Below, piece after piece: positions 35,972-46,520 of a stretch of DNA of 64,000 nucleotides. This stretch comes from Lachnospiraceae bacterium (lineage in GTDB: Bacteria > Bacillota > Clostridia > Lachnospirales > Lachnospiraceae): NCBI GenBank assembly GCA_017623815.1, contig JAGAOK010000011.1:40279-104278 (forward strand), read 5' to 3'. The position numbers were made by a program, and so were the translations under genes. The notes under the pieces are model-generated. The model had not been told where the DNA came from. It saw only the letters and a list, made by a program, of their open reading frames with translations, and made no database searches. Every line of letters starts with the position of its first letter. The first letter of the stretch is position 1.

Positions 35972-37846
35972 TTACCTTTTAAACTTTTTCTCAAGTTCAT
36001 ATTTTGTCATGGAAATAATAGTCGGTCTGCCATGCGGGCAGTTAAACGGATTTTCGCAGGCAAGAAGTTCTTTCATCAGCTCTTCTGCTTCCTTTCGCGA
36101 AAGTGTCTGATTGCCTTTTACCGCTGCTTTACAGGACATACTTGCAATCTTGGAAAGCACCGCATCGGAATCTCCCTTAACCGGGAACTCCACAAGTTCA
36201 TCCAGCACTGACAAAAACAGCTGTCGCTCGCTCAGACCGTAAAGATCGGTCGGAACGCTTCGCACCGCATAGGTATCTTCGCCAAACTCATCCATTTCAA
36301 AACCAAGGGCTGCAAACACATCCATATGTGTTGTAAGTACTGTCTTTTCCTTCGGCGTGAGGGAAACCACCATCGGCGGATTTAACGCCTGCATTGCAAT
36401 TTCCTTTTCGCGGTACTGTTTCATCAGACGTTCATACATCACTTTTTCATGCGCTGCGTGCTGATCCACATAATAGAGTTTTTCCGGCAAAGCCAAAATC
36501 CAATACGTGTCAAACACTTGTCCGATAATCGCAAAATTTTCTATTTCCTGACGCGCCAGCGTTTCTTCATCAAAAAGTTTTAACTGCTGCGGTTCTTCTT
36601 TCGGCGGTTCTGCCTTCGGCAAATCTTCTTTGGAAATCTCCATCCGTTTCTCTTCCGGTGGCATAGCCATATATTTCCCCGTTTCTTTGACTACTCCGGT
36701 CATCGAAGTACCACCCACCGGCTGCGCCGTTCTCTGTTCTGACAAAAGACGTCTCTTTTCTTCAAACGGCTGAGGAATCATTGCCGTCAATGTCTTTTCC
36801 TGCTTTCTGTCTCCCTTTTTTTCCGGGTCCGGTGTCTGTTCTGCCGATGCGATAAATGTCCGTCCTGTCAGTGTCTCCTTTACTGCATCCCGGATAAAAG
36901 AAAGTACATATCCAGGTTCATTCATGCGGATATCCATTTTCGTCGGATGCACGTTGACATCGATCCTTGTCGGATCCATTTCAAAATGGAGCACCACAAA
37001 CGGGTATTTATGCTGCATCAAAAATGTTTTATAGCCTTCTTCCACCGCGGAAGAAATCAAAGTACTTTTGATGTATCGTTTGTTTACAAAAAATATCTCA
37101 TAACTGCGATTGGCACGATTCAAAATCGGTTTCCCCAAAAATCCGGTAATGCGGATTCCTTCTCCCCGGGCCTCAATCGGAATCATATGCTCTGTGACAT
37201 CTTTTCCGTAAATGCGGTAAATAATCTCATCCGCTTTTCCGTTTCCGGACGTAAAAAATTTAGTTTGTCCGTTTACAATGAACTGAAAAGCAACATCCGG
37301 TACCGAAAGTGCCATATGCTGCATAAAATCAGCGATATATCCGCCTTCTGTCGCCGGAGTTTTTAAAAACTTCCGCCGTACCGGTGTATTAAAGAATATA
37401 TTTCTTACCAGTATCGTCGTTCCGTTCGGAGCACCGATTTCTTCCGGCGGCTGCGCCTGCCCGCCGTTTATGCAGATTCGCGATCCGGTAAGTGCCTGCA
37501 CGGTCTTGGTGATCAGTTCCACCTGACAGACTGCGGAAATACTGGAAAGCGCCTCTCCGCGAAATCCGAGACTCATCACGGTTTCCAAATCCTCCGCCTG
37601 GGTAATCTTACTCGTGGCGTGACGCAGGAACACTTTGGAAAGCTGGCTTTCATCGATTCCGCTTCCGTCATCAGTCACACGGATAAAACTGATACCGCCA
37701 TCTTTTATCTCCACGGTAATATGCTTTGCACCCGCATCAATCGCATTTTCCACCAGTTCCTTTACCACGGAAGCAGGGCGTTCCACTACTTCCCCGGCTG
37801 CAATCTGATCGACTGTATTACTGTCCAGAATATGAATTTCATTCAT
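35972..37846 (-). CDS. mutL: DNA mismatch repair protein MutL
   Basis: 624 aa with a GHKL ATPase N-terminus (QIAAGEVVERPASVVKELVENAIDAG) and a C-terminal endonuclease-type domain. Confidence 0.95.
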   Translation of the reverse strand: MNEIHILDSNTVDQIAAGEVVERPASVVKELVENAIDAGAKHITVEIKDGGISFIRVTDDGSGIDESQLSKVFLRHATSKITQAEDLETVMSLGFRGEALSSISAVCQVELITKTVQALTGSRICINGGQAQPPEEIGAPNGTTILVRNIFFNTPVRRKFLKTPATEGGYIADFMQHMALSVPDVAFQFIVNGQTKFFTSGNGKADEIIYRIYGKDVTEHMIPIEARGEGIRITGFLGKPILNRANRSYEIFFVNKRYIKSTLISSAVEEGYKTFLMQHKYPFVVLHFEMDPTRIDVNVHPTKMDIRMNEPGYVLSFIRDAVKETLTGRTFIASAEQTPDPEKKGDRKQEKTLTAMIPQPFEEKRRLLSEQRTAQPVGGTSMTGVVKETGKYMAMPPEEKRMEISKEDLPKAEPPKEEPQQLKLFDEETLARQEIENFAIIGQVFDTYWILALPEKLYYVDQHAAHEKVMYERLMKQYREKEIAMQALNPPMVVSLTPKEKTVLTTHMDVFAALGFEMDEFGEDTYAVRSVPTDLYGLSERQLFLSVLDELVEFPVKGDSDAVLSKIASMSCKAAVKGNQTLSRKEAEELMKELLACENPFNCPHGRPTIISMTKYELEKKFKR

Positions 37847-40499
37847 CTGTATTACTCCATCTGTTCTTGATCATATTTTGAAGTTTATATAACGTATTGA
37901 GTGCATCAAGCGGTGTCAAGGTCTGAATATCAATGGATGCAAGTTCATCGATGACATCCGAATCTTTTACCGTATCAAATAATGACATCTGAGCCAGATC
38001 CACCTGATCGTATTTTTTAACCTTTGCCTTTTCGCTTTTGATATTTGTCTGTATGCTCTGTATTTTTTCCGTTACATCATTGTCGGAAAGCTGCTCCGCA
38101 ATTTCTTTGGCGCGGTCAATGACCATGTCCGGTACTCCGGCCAGTTTTGCCACCTGAATACCGTAGCTTCGGTCTGCGCCGCCCTTTACGATTTTACGTA
38201 AAAATACAATGTCATCGCCTTTTTCCTTTACCGCTATGCAGTAATTGTTGACGTTATTCATCTTCCCTTCCAACTCGGTCAATTCATGATAATGCGTGGC
38301 AAACAGTGTCTTTGCTCCCAGAATCTTCCGGTTGCTGATATGTTCTACCACCGCCCAGGCAATGGAAAGACCGTCAAAGGTGGAGGTACCTCTTCCGATC
38401 TCATCTAAAATCAGCAGACTCTTAGACGTTGCATTTCGCAGAATATTTGCCACCTCATTCATTTCCACCATGAAAGTAGACTGTCCGCTTGCAAGGTCAT
38501 CTGAAGCACCGACACGGGTAAAGATACGATCCACAATCCCGATCTTTGCACTCTTTGCCGGAACAAAGCTTCCAATCTGTGCCATCAGCACGATAAGCGC
38601 CGTCTGACGCATATAGGTGGACTTACCTGCCATATTCGGTCCTGTAATAATTGAAATCAGATGCTTGTCATTGTCAAGGAAGGTATCATTTGCGATAAAC
38701 ATATCGTTTTTAATCACTTTTTCGACTACCGGGTGACGTCCGTCTTTGATGTCAAGAATACCTCTGGTATTCAGTTTCGGACGCACATAGTTATTGCGCT
38801 CTGCCACATATGCCAGACTGCAGAACACATCAAGTGCTGCAATAGCCTTGGCCGTACGCTGGATTCGCTCCATATTGTCAGCAAGCGCATCCCGGATTTC
38901 ACAAAACAAATCATATTCCAGACCGTAAAGCTTGTCCTCCGCATTTAAAATGGTATCCTCCATTTCTTTGAGCTTCGGCATGGTATATCGCTCGGCATTT
39001 GCCAGCGTCTGCTTACGGATATAATCCTCCGGTACCATATCTTTAAACGAGTTCGTTACCTCCAGGTAATAACCGAACACTTTGTTGTATTTGATCTTTA
39101 AATTTTTTATTCCGGTTCTTTGGCGCTCTGCCTCTTCCAGCTCTGCAAGCCATGCTTTTCCGTCTGTTTTTGCCTGACGGAAATGATCTACATCTTCGGA
39201 AAAACCGGCTTTGATAATTCCGCCTTCTTTCGACGAAATCGGTGCCTCCTCTTCAATCGCATCCTCAATCAGGCCGCAAAGATCTTCCAGTCCGTCTACA
39301 TCTTCGCAGATATTCTGCAAAAGCTGCGACTCAAAATCTCCGAGTACCATACGAATCGGCGGAAGCATCTGCAGGGAATTGCGGAATGCAATCAGATCAC
39401 GCGGATTTGCTGTCTTATAACTGATTTTTCCCAAAAGTCGTTCCAGATCATAAATCGGATTTAAATATTCTCTCAGTTCATCTCTCGATATGACATTCTT
39501 ATTCAATTCTTCGATTGCATCCTGACGCATCACAATGTCCTCAAGATCAATCAGCGGCTGTTCTATGTAATTTCGCAGCGTTCTGGCTCCCATCGCGGTT
39601 CTGGTCTTATCAAGCACCCACAGAAGCGATCCTCGTTTCATTTTCTCACGAAGCGTCTCCGTCAGTTCCAGATTGCGCCTCGTCGAACTGTCAAGAAGCA
39701 TATATTTGCTGGCCACATAAGGATTGAGCCTTGTAATATTGGAAATCCCGGTCTTTTGTGTCTCATAAAGATACTGCAGCACCGCACCGGCTGCAATCTG
39801 TCCTGCAGCAAAATCATCAATTCCAAGCGCAGTCATCGTGCTGACATGAAAATGTTTCATCAAAAGCTGTCTGCAGGTATCTTCGTCAAAATACCATGCA
39901 TCCATTTTGTATATTGTAATCCCGAGGCGCTCCTTCAGATCATCGATCATATAGCCGCTCACAAGGAAATTTTCATTACAAATAATCTCCGACGGCATAA
40001 ACTTCATAATTTCATCCTGAAGCTTATTCACGTCCGATACTTCCGTCACATGATAGTCCCCGGTCAATACATCCACCACAGAAACCCCGATTTTTTCATC
40101 CATATAGGCAACACACATAAGATAGTTATTTTTACTTTCCTCAAGTGATTGCATATTTAGATTTGTACCCGGAGTTACAATACGTGTAACCTCGCGCTTT
40201 ACAAGTCCCTTGGCAAGCTTCGGATCTTCTACCTGTTCACAGATGGCGACCTTGTAGCCCTTGCTGACCAATTTGGTCAAATATCCTTCTGACGAATGCC
40301 ACGGAACTCCGCACATCGGTGCACGCTCCTCCAGCCCGCAGTTTTTCCCCGTCAGCGTAATTTCCAGCTCCCTCGAGACAGTAACTGCATCCTCAAAGAA
40401 CATTTCATAAAAATCACCTAAACGATAAAACAAAATACAGTCTTTGTACTGGGCTTTTGTTTCCATATACTGTTTCATCATCGGTGTTAATTCTGCCAT
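37839..40499 (-). CDS. mutS: DNA mismatch repair protein MutS
   Basis: 886 aa with TPMMKQY, Walker A GPNMAGKST, and STF.VEM. Confidence 0.97.
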   Translation of the reverse strand: MAELTPMMKQYMETKAQYKDCILFYRLGDFYEMFFEDAVTVSRELEITLTGKNCGLEERAPMCGVPWHSSEGYLTKLVSKGYKVAICEQVEDPKLAKGLVKREVTRIVTPGTNLNMQSLEESKNNYLMCVAYMDEKIGVSVVDVLTGDYHVTEVSDVNKLQDEIMKFMPSEIICNENFLVSGYMIDDLKERLGITIYKMDAWYFDEDTCRQLLMKHFHVSTMTALGIDDFAAGQIAAGAVLQYLYETQKTGISNITRLNPYVASKYMLLDSSTRRNLELTETLREKMKRGSLLWVLDKTRTAMGARTLRNYIEQPLIDLEDIVMRQDAIEELNKNVISRDELREYLNPIYDLERLLGKISYKTANPRDLIAFRNSLQMLPPIRMVLGDFESQLLQNICEDVDGLEDLCGLIEDAIEEEAPISSKEGGIIKAGFSEDVDHFRQAKTDGKAWLAELEEAERQRTGIKNLKIKYNKVFGYYLEVTNSFKDMVPEDYIRKQTLANAERYTMPKLKEMEDTILNAEDKLYGLEYDLFCEIRDALADNMERIQRTAKAIAALDVFCSLAYVAERNNYVRPKLNTRGILDIKDGRHPVVEKVIKNDMFIANDTFLDNDKHLISIITGPNMAGKSTYMRQTALIVLMAQIGSFVPAKSAKIGIVDRIFTRVGASDDLASGQSTFMVEMNEVANILRNATSKSLLILDEIGRGTSTFDGLSIAWAVVEHISNRKILGAKTLFATHYHELTELEGKMNNVNNYCIAVKEKGDDIVFLRKIVKGGADRSYGIQVAKLAGVPDMVIDRAKEIAEQLSDNDVTEKIQSIQTNIKSEKAKVKKYDQVDLAQMSLFDTVKDSDVIDELASIDIQTLTPLDALNTLYKLQNMIKNRWSNTDE

Positions 40500-40528
40500 A
40501 TTTTCTCTCTTCTTTCTCTTGTCTTAGA

Positions 40529-41989
40529 TTAAATACTTCGTCCGGTATAATAAAATCCGTGACATTCCTCCAGATATACTCTCTGCAGGGTTCCGACCAA
40601 AGAAGCATCTCCCTTAAAATGAACCATAGTGTTATTTGACATTCTTCCTGTTACAAGGCTGTCGTCGTGCTCGTTGATTTCTTCCACAAGCACTTCCACT
40701 TCCTGTCCGGTATACACAACCGTCCTGTTTTTGGATACTTCCTGCACGGTTTCAAGCACGCGGTTAAAATTGCGCTTAACCACGTCCTCCGGCACCTGAT
40801 TTTCCATCGCTGCCGCCGGAGTTCCCGTACGTTTTGAATAGATAAATGTAAATGCATTATCATAACCGACTTTGCGAATCACATCGATGGTATCATCAAC
40901 ATCCGCATCCGTTTCTCCCGGAAATCCGACAATAATATCGGTCGTAAGGGAAATATCCGGTATTTCTCTGCGAATCTTAAGCGCAAGTTCCAGATACTGC
41001 TCTTTGGTATAGCGACGGTTCATCTGCTCCAAGATCCGTGTGGATCCTGACTGAAGAGGCAGATGGAGATGTCTGCATATCTTTTTCGAATCACGCATCA
41101 CTTCAATCAGTTCATCTGACAAGTCCTTTGGATGCGATGTCATAAATCGGATCCGCTCAAGTCCTTCTATCTGCTCTATTTTCTGTAAAAGCTGTGCAAA
41201 ACTGATTGGATTGTCCAGATTCTTTCCATAGGAATTTACGTTCTGGCCAAGCAGCATGATCTCTACCACGCCATCTGCCACCAGCATCTCTATCTCGCGG
41301 ATAATATCCTCCGGACTGCGGCTGCGCTCACGGCCGCGCACATACGGAACAATGCAGTAACTACAGAAATTGTTGCATCCGAACATAATATTGATTCCTG
41401 ATTTAAACGGATATTTTCGAACAATCGGAAGATCCTCCACGATTTTGTCGGTTGACTCCCAGATATCCACAATCATATCCTCACTTTCAAGCATATCGCA
41501 GACAAGCTCTGCAAATTTGAAAATATTGTGTGTTCCGAAAATCAGATCAACAAAACGGTAGCTTTTCTTAAGCTTTGCGATTACCGTTTCCTCCTGCATC
41601 ATACATCCGCAAAGAGCAATCCGCATCTGTGGATTTTTCTTTTTATAATTGCTCAGCGCTCCGAGTCGTCCATACACTCTCTGGTTGGCATTGTCGCGCA
41701 CGGTACAGGTATTATAGATGACAAAATCCGACTTTTCGTCGCTGCCGTTATCTACGTATCCGATTTCTTCCAAAATACCGGAAAGTTTTTCGGAATCCCT
41801 GGCATTCATCTGACACCCAAAGGTTGTCACGCAGAAGGTCGGTTTTCTGCCAAGGCGTGTTTCTAACTCCTGCACAAGTTTCTTCGCCTTTGCAATATAA
41901 TAATACTGACGCTGCGGTTCCTCTGCCGGCGGTGTCATCGTCAGGTCAAAGCTTTGCATTTTTATTTCCAAATCTTCTTTCTTTATCAT
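40529..41989 (-). CDS. miaB: tRNA-i6A37 methylthiotransferase
   Basis: 486 aa with the UPF0004 Cys triad (FGCQMN...), the radical SAM motif CNNFCSYC, and a TRAM domain. Confidence 0.92.
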   Translation of the reverse strand: MIKKEDLEIKMQSFDLTMTPPAEEPQRQYYYIAKAKKLVQELETRLGRKPTFCVTTFGCQMNARDSEKLSGILEEIGYVDNGSDEKSDFVIYNTCTVRDNANQRVYGRLGALSNYKKKNPQMRIALCGCMMQEETVIAKLKKSYRFVDLIFGTHNIFKFAELVCDMLESEDMIVDIWESTDKIVEDLPIVRKYPFKSGINIMFGCNNFCSYCIVPYVRGRERSRSPEDIIREIEMLVADGVVEIMLLGQNVNSYGKNLDNPISFAQLLQKIEQIEGLERIRFMTSHPKDLSDELIEVMRDSKKICRHLHLPLQSGSTRILEQMNRRYTKEQYLELALKIRREIPDISLTTDIIVGFPGETDADVDDTIDVIRKVGYDNAFTFIYSKRTGTPAAAMENQVPEDVVKRNFNRVLETVQEVSKNRTVVYTGQEVEVLVEEINEHDDSLVTGRMSNNTMVHFKGDASLVGTLQRVYLEECHGFYYTGRSI

Positions 41990-42004
41990 GTAAAAACCTC
42001 GTCA

Positions 42005-43264
42005 TTATCTGATCTGGCCATCGCCCGAGATCGTATATTTATAGGAATTCAGTTCACGCAGTCCCATCGGTCCTCTTGCATGGAGTTTCTGCGTACTGAT
42101 TCCGATTTCTGCACCGAAACCAAACTCAAATCCGTCCGTAAATCTTGTCGAAACATTCACGTAAACACAAGCTGCATCTACCTGCTGTTTAAACTTCGCA
42201 GCCGCCTTATCATCTTCGGTCACGATACACTCGGAATGCCCGGTATTATATTTGTTAATATGTGCAATTGCTTCCTCTACACTGTCAACTGTCTTTACAG
42301 AGAGAATATAGTCCAGATATTCTTTGCCAAAGTCTTCTTCTGTCGCACTTATAATTCCGTCGATTCCGTCCATGGCTTCCATCGCACGCTCGTCGGCACG
42401 GATTTCCACGGATTTTTCCTGCAATGCCTTTGCAAGCTGTGGCAAAAACGCATCTTTGATCTGACTATGTACCACCAGCGATTCACAGGCATTACATACT
42501 CCGATTCTCTGCGTCTTTGCATTCATGATAATGGCAATCGCCTTAGCCATATCCGCCTCTTTATCTACATATACATGGCAATTCCCCGTACCTGTTTCAA
42601 TCACCGGAATTGTTGCATTTTCCACCACCGCACGGATAAGTCCTGCACCGCCGCGTGGAATGAGAACATCCACGTATTCTTTCATTTTCATAAATTCTGC
42701 CGTCACACTACGGTCTGTCGCTTCAATGAGCTGAATCATATCCGGATTGTGTCCGTTTTCACTCAACGTTTTGCGGATACAGTCTGTAATCGCCTTGTTA
42801 GAATACAGACAATCGGAACCGCCTTTTAAAATCACGGCATTTCCGGCCTTAAAGCAAAGACCGAACGCATCCGGTGTCACATTCGGACGGGATTCATAAA
42901 TAATACCGATAACTCCCATCGGAACACTGACTTTTTCGATTACCATCTGATTCGGACGTGTAAAGGTTTCCAGCACCTGTCCGACCGGATCCGGAAGCTC
43001 TGCCACCTGACGGAGTCCTTCGGCAATTGCTTCTACCCTGTCCTCATTTAACATAAGGCGATCAAGCAGACCCGGATGCATATTGTTTTTGCGTCCGTTT
43101 TCCATATCTATCGCATTCTGCGTAATAATCGTCTGTGCATCCGCTACAATTGCATCTGCAATCTGATTGAGTAAAGCATTTTTGGTTTCTGTATCTAAAA
43201 GTGCCACCTCATATTTTGCACTTTTCGCACGTTTTCCGATTTCTGATAATTCCATATTTTCCAT
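42005..43264 (-). CDS. proA: Glutamate-5-semialdehyde dehydrogenase
   Basis: 419 aa ALDH-fold protein with the catalytic Cys region VCNACESL. Confidence 0.95.
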   Translation of the reverse strand: MENMELSEIGKRAKSAKYEVALLDTETKNALLNQIADAIVADAQTIITQNAIDMENGRKNNMHPGLLDRLMLNEDRVEAIAEGLRQVAELPDPVGQVLETFTRPNQMVIEKVSVPMGVIGIIYESRPNVTPDAFGLCFKAGNAVILKGGSDCLYSNKAITDCIRKTLSENGHNPDMIQLIEATDRSVTAEFMKMKEYVDVLIPRGGAGLIRAVVENATIPVIETGTGNCHVYVDKEADMAKAIAIIMNAKTQRIGVCNACESLVVHSQIKDAFLPQLAKALQEKSVEIRADERAMEAMDGIDGIISATEEDFGKEYLDYILSVKTVDSVEEAIAHINKYNTGHSECIVTEDDKAAAKFKQQVDAACVYVNVSTRFTDGFEFGFGAEIGISTQKLHARGPMGLRELNSYKYTISGDGQIR

Positions 43265-43270
43265 CCTTTC

Positions 43271-43837
43271 TCAGATCCTGATTGTCTCAAGTTCTGTCAC
43301 AATACATTTCATTTTCCGGTCCGTTGCTTCCACCGGAATTCTACCTTTTTCCACTAATTGCAAAGAAAAGGCAACTGCCGCCGTCTCCCGGCAAAACACA
43401 TCGCTTAAATATCTGTCATAAAAGCCTTTTCCGTAGCCGATCCGGTTCCCTTCACGGTCAAACACGGTCCCCGGAACCAGCATAAAGTCCTGCGGCATCG
43501 GGCTGTATTTTTTCTGTTCGTCCGGCAGTGGTTCCTGAATGCCTTTGTAGCCGCTCACAAGCTCGGTAAGCGCTTTTATTTCATAAAACTCCATAACCTC
43601 TCCGATGACGCGGGGACAAAACACACGTTTTCCCATGTGGATACATTCCTGTATCCAGGGCAGCGTGTCCGGCTCTGAGCCGTATCCTGCAAACATCAGT
43701 ACCTGCTCTGCCGCGCGAAATTCCGGCAATTCCAATATGCCCTGAAAAATTGCTTCGCTCATCCGGGCTCTTTCACTTTCCGAAACTGCATCTCTGCGCG
43801 ACAAAATCTCCTGTCTAATTTGCCTCTTTGTTTCCAT
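43271..43837 (-). CDS. 5-formyltetrahydrofolate cyclo-ligase
   Basis: The start METKRQIRQEILSRR has GGAG 6 nt upstream. The GYGKGFYDR motif is present. Confidence 0.8.
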   Translation of the reverse strand: METKRQIRQEILSRRDAVSESERARMSEAIFQGILELPEFRAAEQVLMFAGYGSEPDTLPWIQECIHMGKRVFCPRVIGEVMEFYEIKALTELVSGYKGIQEPLPDEQKKYSPMPQDFMLVPGTVFDREGNRIGYGKGFYDRYLSDVFCRETAAVAFSLQLVEKGRIPVEATDRKMKCIVTELETIRI

Positions 43838-44036
43838 ACTTTTCTCCGAGATTAGTGATTGTTCCGTCTTCGTTTTGAATATCAATGTTGTTTAACTGAT
43901 TCCGGAAATTTGCACGGACAATAGCAATGTATTCCTCGCGCAGCATCTTCTGCTCTTTCTTTTCCTCCTCGGTCAGACCTTCCGCCTGTGATTTATGATA
44001 CAGTTCATTGATACGGTCAATTCTGGATTTTTCCAT
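43815..44036 (-). CDS. DUF896/UPF0291 family small protein
   Basis: 73 aa with RINELYHKSQAEGLTEEEKKEQ..LR.EY, typical of the YnzC-like family. Confidence 0.7.
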   Translation of the reverse strand: MEKSRIDRINELYHKSQAEGLTEEEKKEQKMLREEYIAIVRANFRNQLNNIDIQNEDGTITNLGEKYGNKEAN

Positions 44037-44048
44037 TTCATTCTCCTT

Positions 44049-44897
44049 TTATTTATGCATATTTTCTACATAGGTAATCAGGTCAAACGCCTCATCCTTA
44101 TGTGCTTTAAACAAGGTTCCGTGCTCGCGGCCGTCCATAATGCGGTGCAGGATACGTATATCCGATGCATTTGCAATAACCATGTCCGCACCGGAACACG
44201 TTGCTATCTTAGCTGCGGACAACTTCGTATTCATTCCGCCGGTACCGACCTTACTTCCGGTACTTTCTTTTCCCATTCCCATAATATTCTCATCAATCTG
44301 GTCTACCACACTGATAAACTTTGCATCCGGATTTTGGTTCGGATCGTCCGTGTAAAGACCGTTGATATCCGACATCAGAATCAGCAAATCTGCACCGACA
44401 AGCGATGCTACGATTGCTGAAAGGGTATCATTGTCACCAAACTCGATTTCGTACGTTGCTACCGTATCATTTTCATTTACGACCGGAATCACACCGAGTT
44501 TTAACAGCTCGTTAAATGTATTTCTTGCATTAAATCGGTTCAGGTCATCTACGATAGTGTTTTTGGTCATAAGAATCTGTGCTGCCACCTGATTGTACTC
44601 TGCAAAAATCTTCTGGTAAGTCATCATCAGTCTTGCCTGACCAATCGCTGCACACGCCTGCTTTACCGCAATCGGATTGTCCTTTTTATCAATATGCACT
44701 GCTTTCTTACCTGCTGCGATTGCTCCGCTTGTCACAAGAATTACATCCTTCCCCTGATTGCGGAGATTGCAAAGTTCTCTTACCAGCACCTCTAATTTGA
44801 TATAATCAAGGTCTCCTGTCTGCGCATGCTGCAAAGAGGAAGATCCGATCTTTACTACAATTCTCTGTTTGTCTTTTAAAAATTCTCTTGGATTCAT
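44049..44897 (-). CDS. proB: Glutamate 5-kinase (no PUA domain)
   Basis: 282 aa amino-acid kinase fold (VVKIGSSSL, GDNDTLSA). Confidence 0.93.
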   Translation of the reverse strand: MNPREFLKDKQRIVVKIGSSSLQHAQTGDLDYIKLEVLVRELCNLRNQGKDVILVTSGAIAAGKKAVHIDKKDNPIAVKQACAAIGQARLMMTYQKIFAEYNQVAAQILMTKNTIVDDLNRFNARNTFNELLKLGVIPVVNENDTVATYEIEFGDNDTLSAIVASLVGADLLILMSDINGLYTDDPNQNPDAKFISVVDQIDENIMGMGKESTGSKVGTGGMNTKLSAAKIATCSGADMVIANASDIRILHRIMDGREHGTLFKAHKDEAFDLITYVENMHK

Positions 44898-44924
44898 TTT
44901 TTTATCTTCTTTCTGTTCTTTTTC

Positions 44925-46520
44925 TTATTTTGTCATGCTTACAGCCACTTTTTCTGCAATCAGCAGTCCGTCCATGGCCGCAGAGGTAATCCCTCCTGCA
45001 TAGCCTGCACCTTCCCCGCAGGGATAAATGCCCTTTACCGACGCCTCACCCGTCTCGTCACGTACGATTTTTACGGGGGATGAGGTTCTGCTCTCAATAC
45101 CTGCAAGCACTGTACCCGAGGCGTCGAACCGGCAAATGCTCTTTCCGAACGCTTCCATCGCTTCCAAAAACGCATCTTCCATCTGCGCCGGAAGAAGTCC
45201 TCGAAGATTAGCGCCTGCAAACCGGCCTTTCATACAAAGCGTAAGTCCCTGCACATCTTCCGTTGCTTTTCCCGCCTTATAATCTTCTAAAGTCTGCACC
45301 GGAATCTTTCCCTGTGCCAGCGTATAGGCCCTGTGTTCTAATTCCCTCTGAAATTCTACACCACCAAGCGGGCTTTTGTCACGAAAATCCTCGGGAGTAA
45401 CCGAAATAATAATCGCACTGTTTGCCACCCTGCTGTCTCTGCTTCGGTAGCTCATCCCGTTGACCGCCAGTTTTTCCGGCTCACTTGACGCATTTACCAC
45501 ATAGCCTCCGGGACACATACAAAAGGAATAAACACCTCTCCCCGTAGATGTCTGTGCAGTCAGTTTATAAGACGCTGCGCCGAGCCTTTCCAGTGTTTCC
45601 GGACTCTGACTGCCATATTGTGCCAGATCGATTTCGGCCTGCTTATGTTGCACGCGATATCCCACGGCAAATGCCTTAGGCTGCATTTCCATCCGGTTTT
45701 TCAGCAGCATTTCAAACGTATCCCTCGCACTGTGTCCGATGGCAAGCACCACATGATCTGTCTCAATGCGCTCTTTCCCGTTTATGATAACTGCACTTAT
45801 GTTTCCGTCTTTTGTCTCAAAATCCGTCACCTGACTTTGAAACTGCACCCGGCCTCCGGCCTCAATGATTGCATTTCGCAAATTACGCACCATATCAACC
45901 AACAAATCGGTTCCGACATGGGGCTTTTGTTTGTATACGATGTCATCCGGAGCCCCCATTGCCGCAAAAAGCTGCAACACTTCCCTACAGCGTCCGAATT
46001 TATCCTTTACCAGCGTATTTAGCTTTCCGTCTGAAAACGTACCCGCACCGCCTTCGCCAAACTGCACATTCGATCCGGGATCTAAGATGCCCGTCTCCCA
46101 GAAGCGTTCCACATCTTCCATACGCTCCTCCACACATTTTCCGCGTTCAAGCACTATGGGTGCAAACCCGTGCTTTGCCAGATAGTAGGCGCAAACCAGC
46201 CCCGCGGGCCCTGCACCGACGATCACCGGCGATTTTTCCGGGCGTTTTTCTGCTGTCACCGGAAAACGATAGTTTTTTGTCTCCGCAACCGTTATATCTT
46301 TTTGCCTGCAGCGAGCCAGAATCTTTTTTTCATTGTCGAGGTGCACATCCACCACCAGTGAATAATATAATTCCGGTTTTTTCCTCGCATCCAGAGACTC
46401 TTTCCGGATTTCCATTTTCCGGATTTCGTCCGGCTTTACCCGAAGCATACCCGCCACCTTACGGCGCACATCTTCTTCTGTATAATGAATATTTACTTTA
46501 CATTGATTGACTCGTAACAT
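44925..46520 (-). CDS. FAD-dependent oxidoreductase (COG2509-like)
   Basis: It has the Rossmann motif VIVGAGPAGL after an N-terminal domain of about 90 aa. The start MLRVNQCK at 46520 is preferred. Confidence 0.7.
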   Translation of the reverse strand: MLRVNQCKVNIHYTEEDVRRKVAGMLRVKPDEIRKMEIRKESLDARKKPELYYSLVVDVHLDNEKKILARCRQKDITVAETKNYRFPVTAEKRPEKSPVIVGAGPAGLVCAYYLAKHGFAPIVLERGKCVEERMEDVERFWETGILDPGSNVQFGEGGAGTFSDGKLNTLVKDKFGRCREVLQLFAAMGAPDDIVYKQKPHVGTDLLVDMVRNLRNAIIEAGGRVQFQSQVTDFETKDGNISAVIINGKERIETDHVVLAIGHSARDTFEMLLKNRMEMQPKAFAVGYRVQHKQAEIDLAQYGSQSPETLERLGAASYKLTAQTSTGRGVYSFCMCPGGYVVNASSEPEKLAVNGMSYRSRDSRVANSAIIISVTPEDFRDKSPLGGVEFQRELEHRAYTLAQGKIPVQTLEDYKAGKATEDVQGLTLCMKGRFAGANLRGLLPAQMEDAFLEAMEAFGKSICRFDASGTVLAGIESRTSSPVKIVRDETGEASVKGIYPCGEGAGYAGGITSAAMDGLLIAEKVAVSMTK

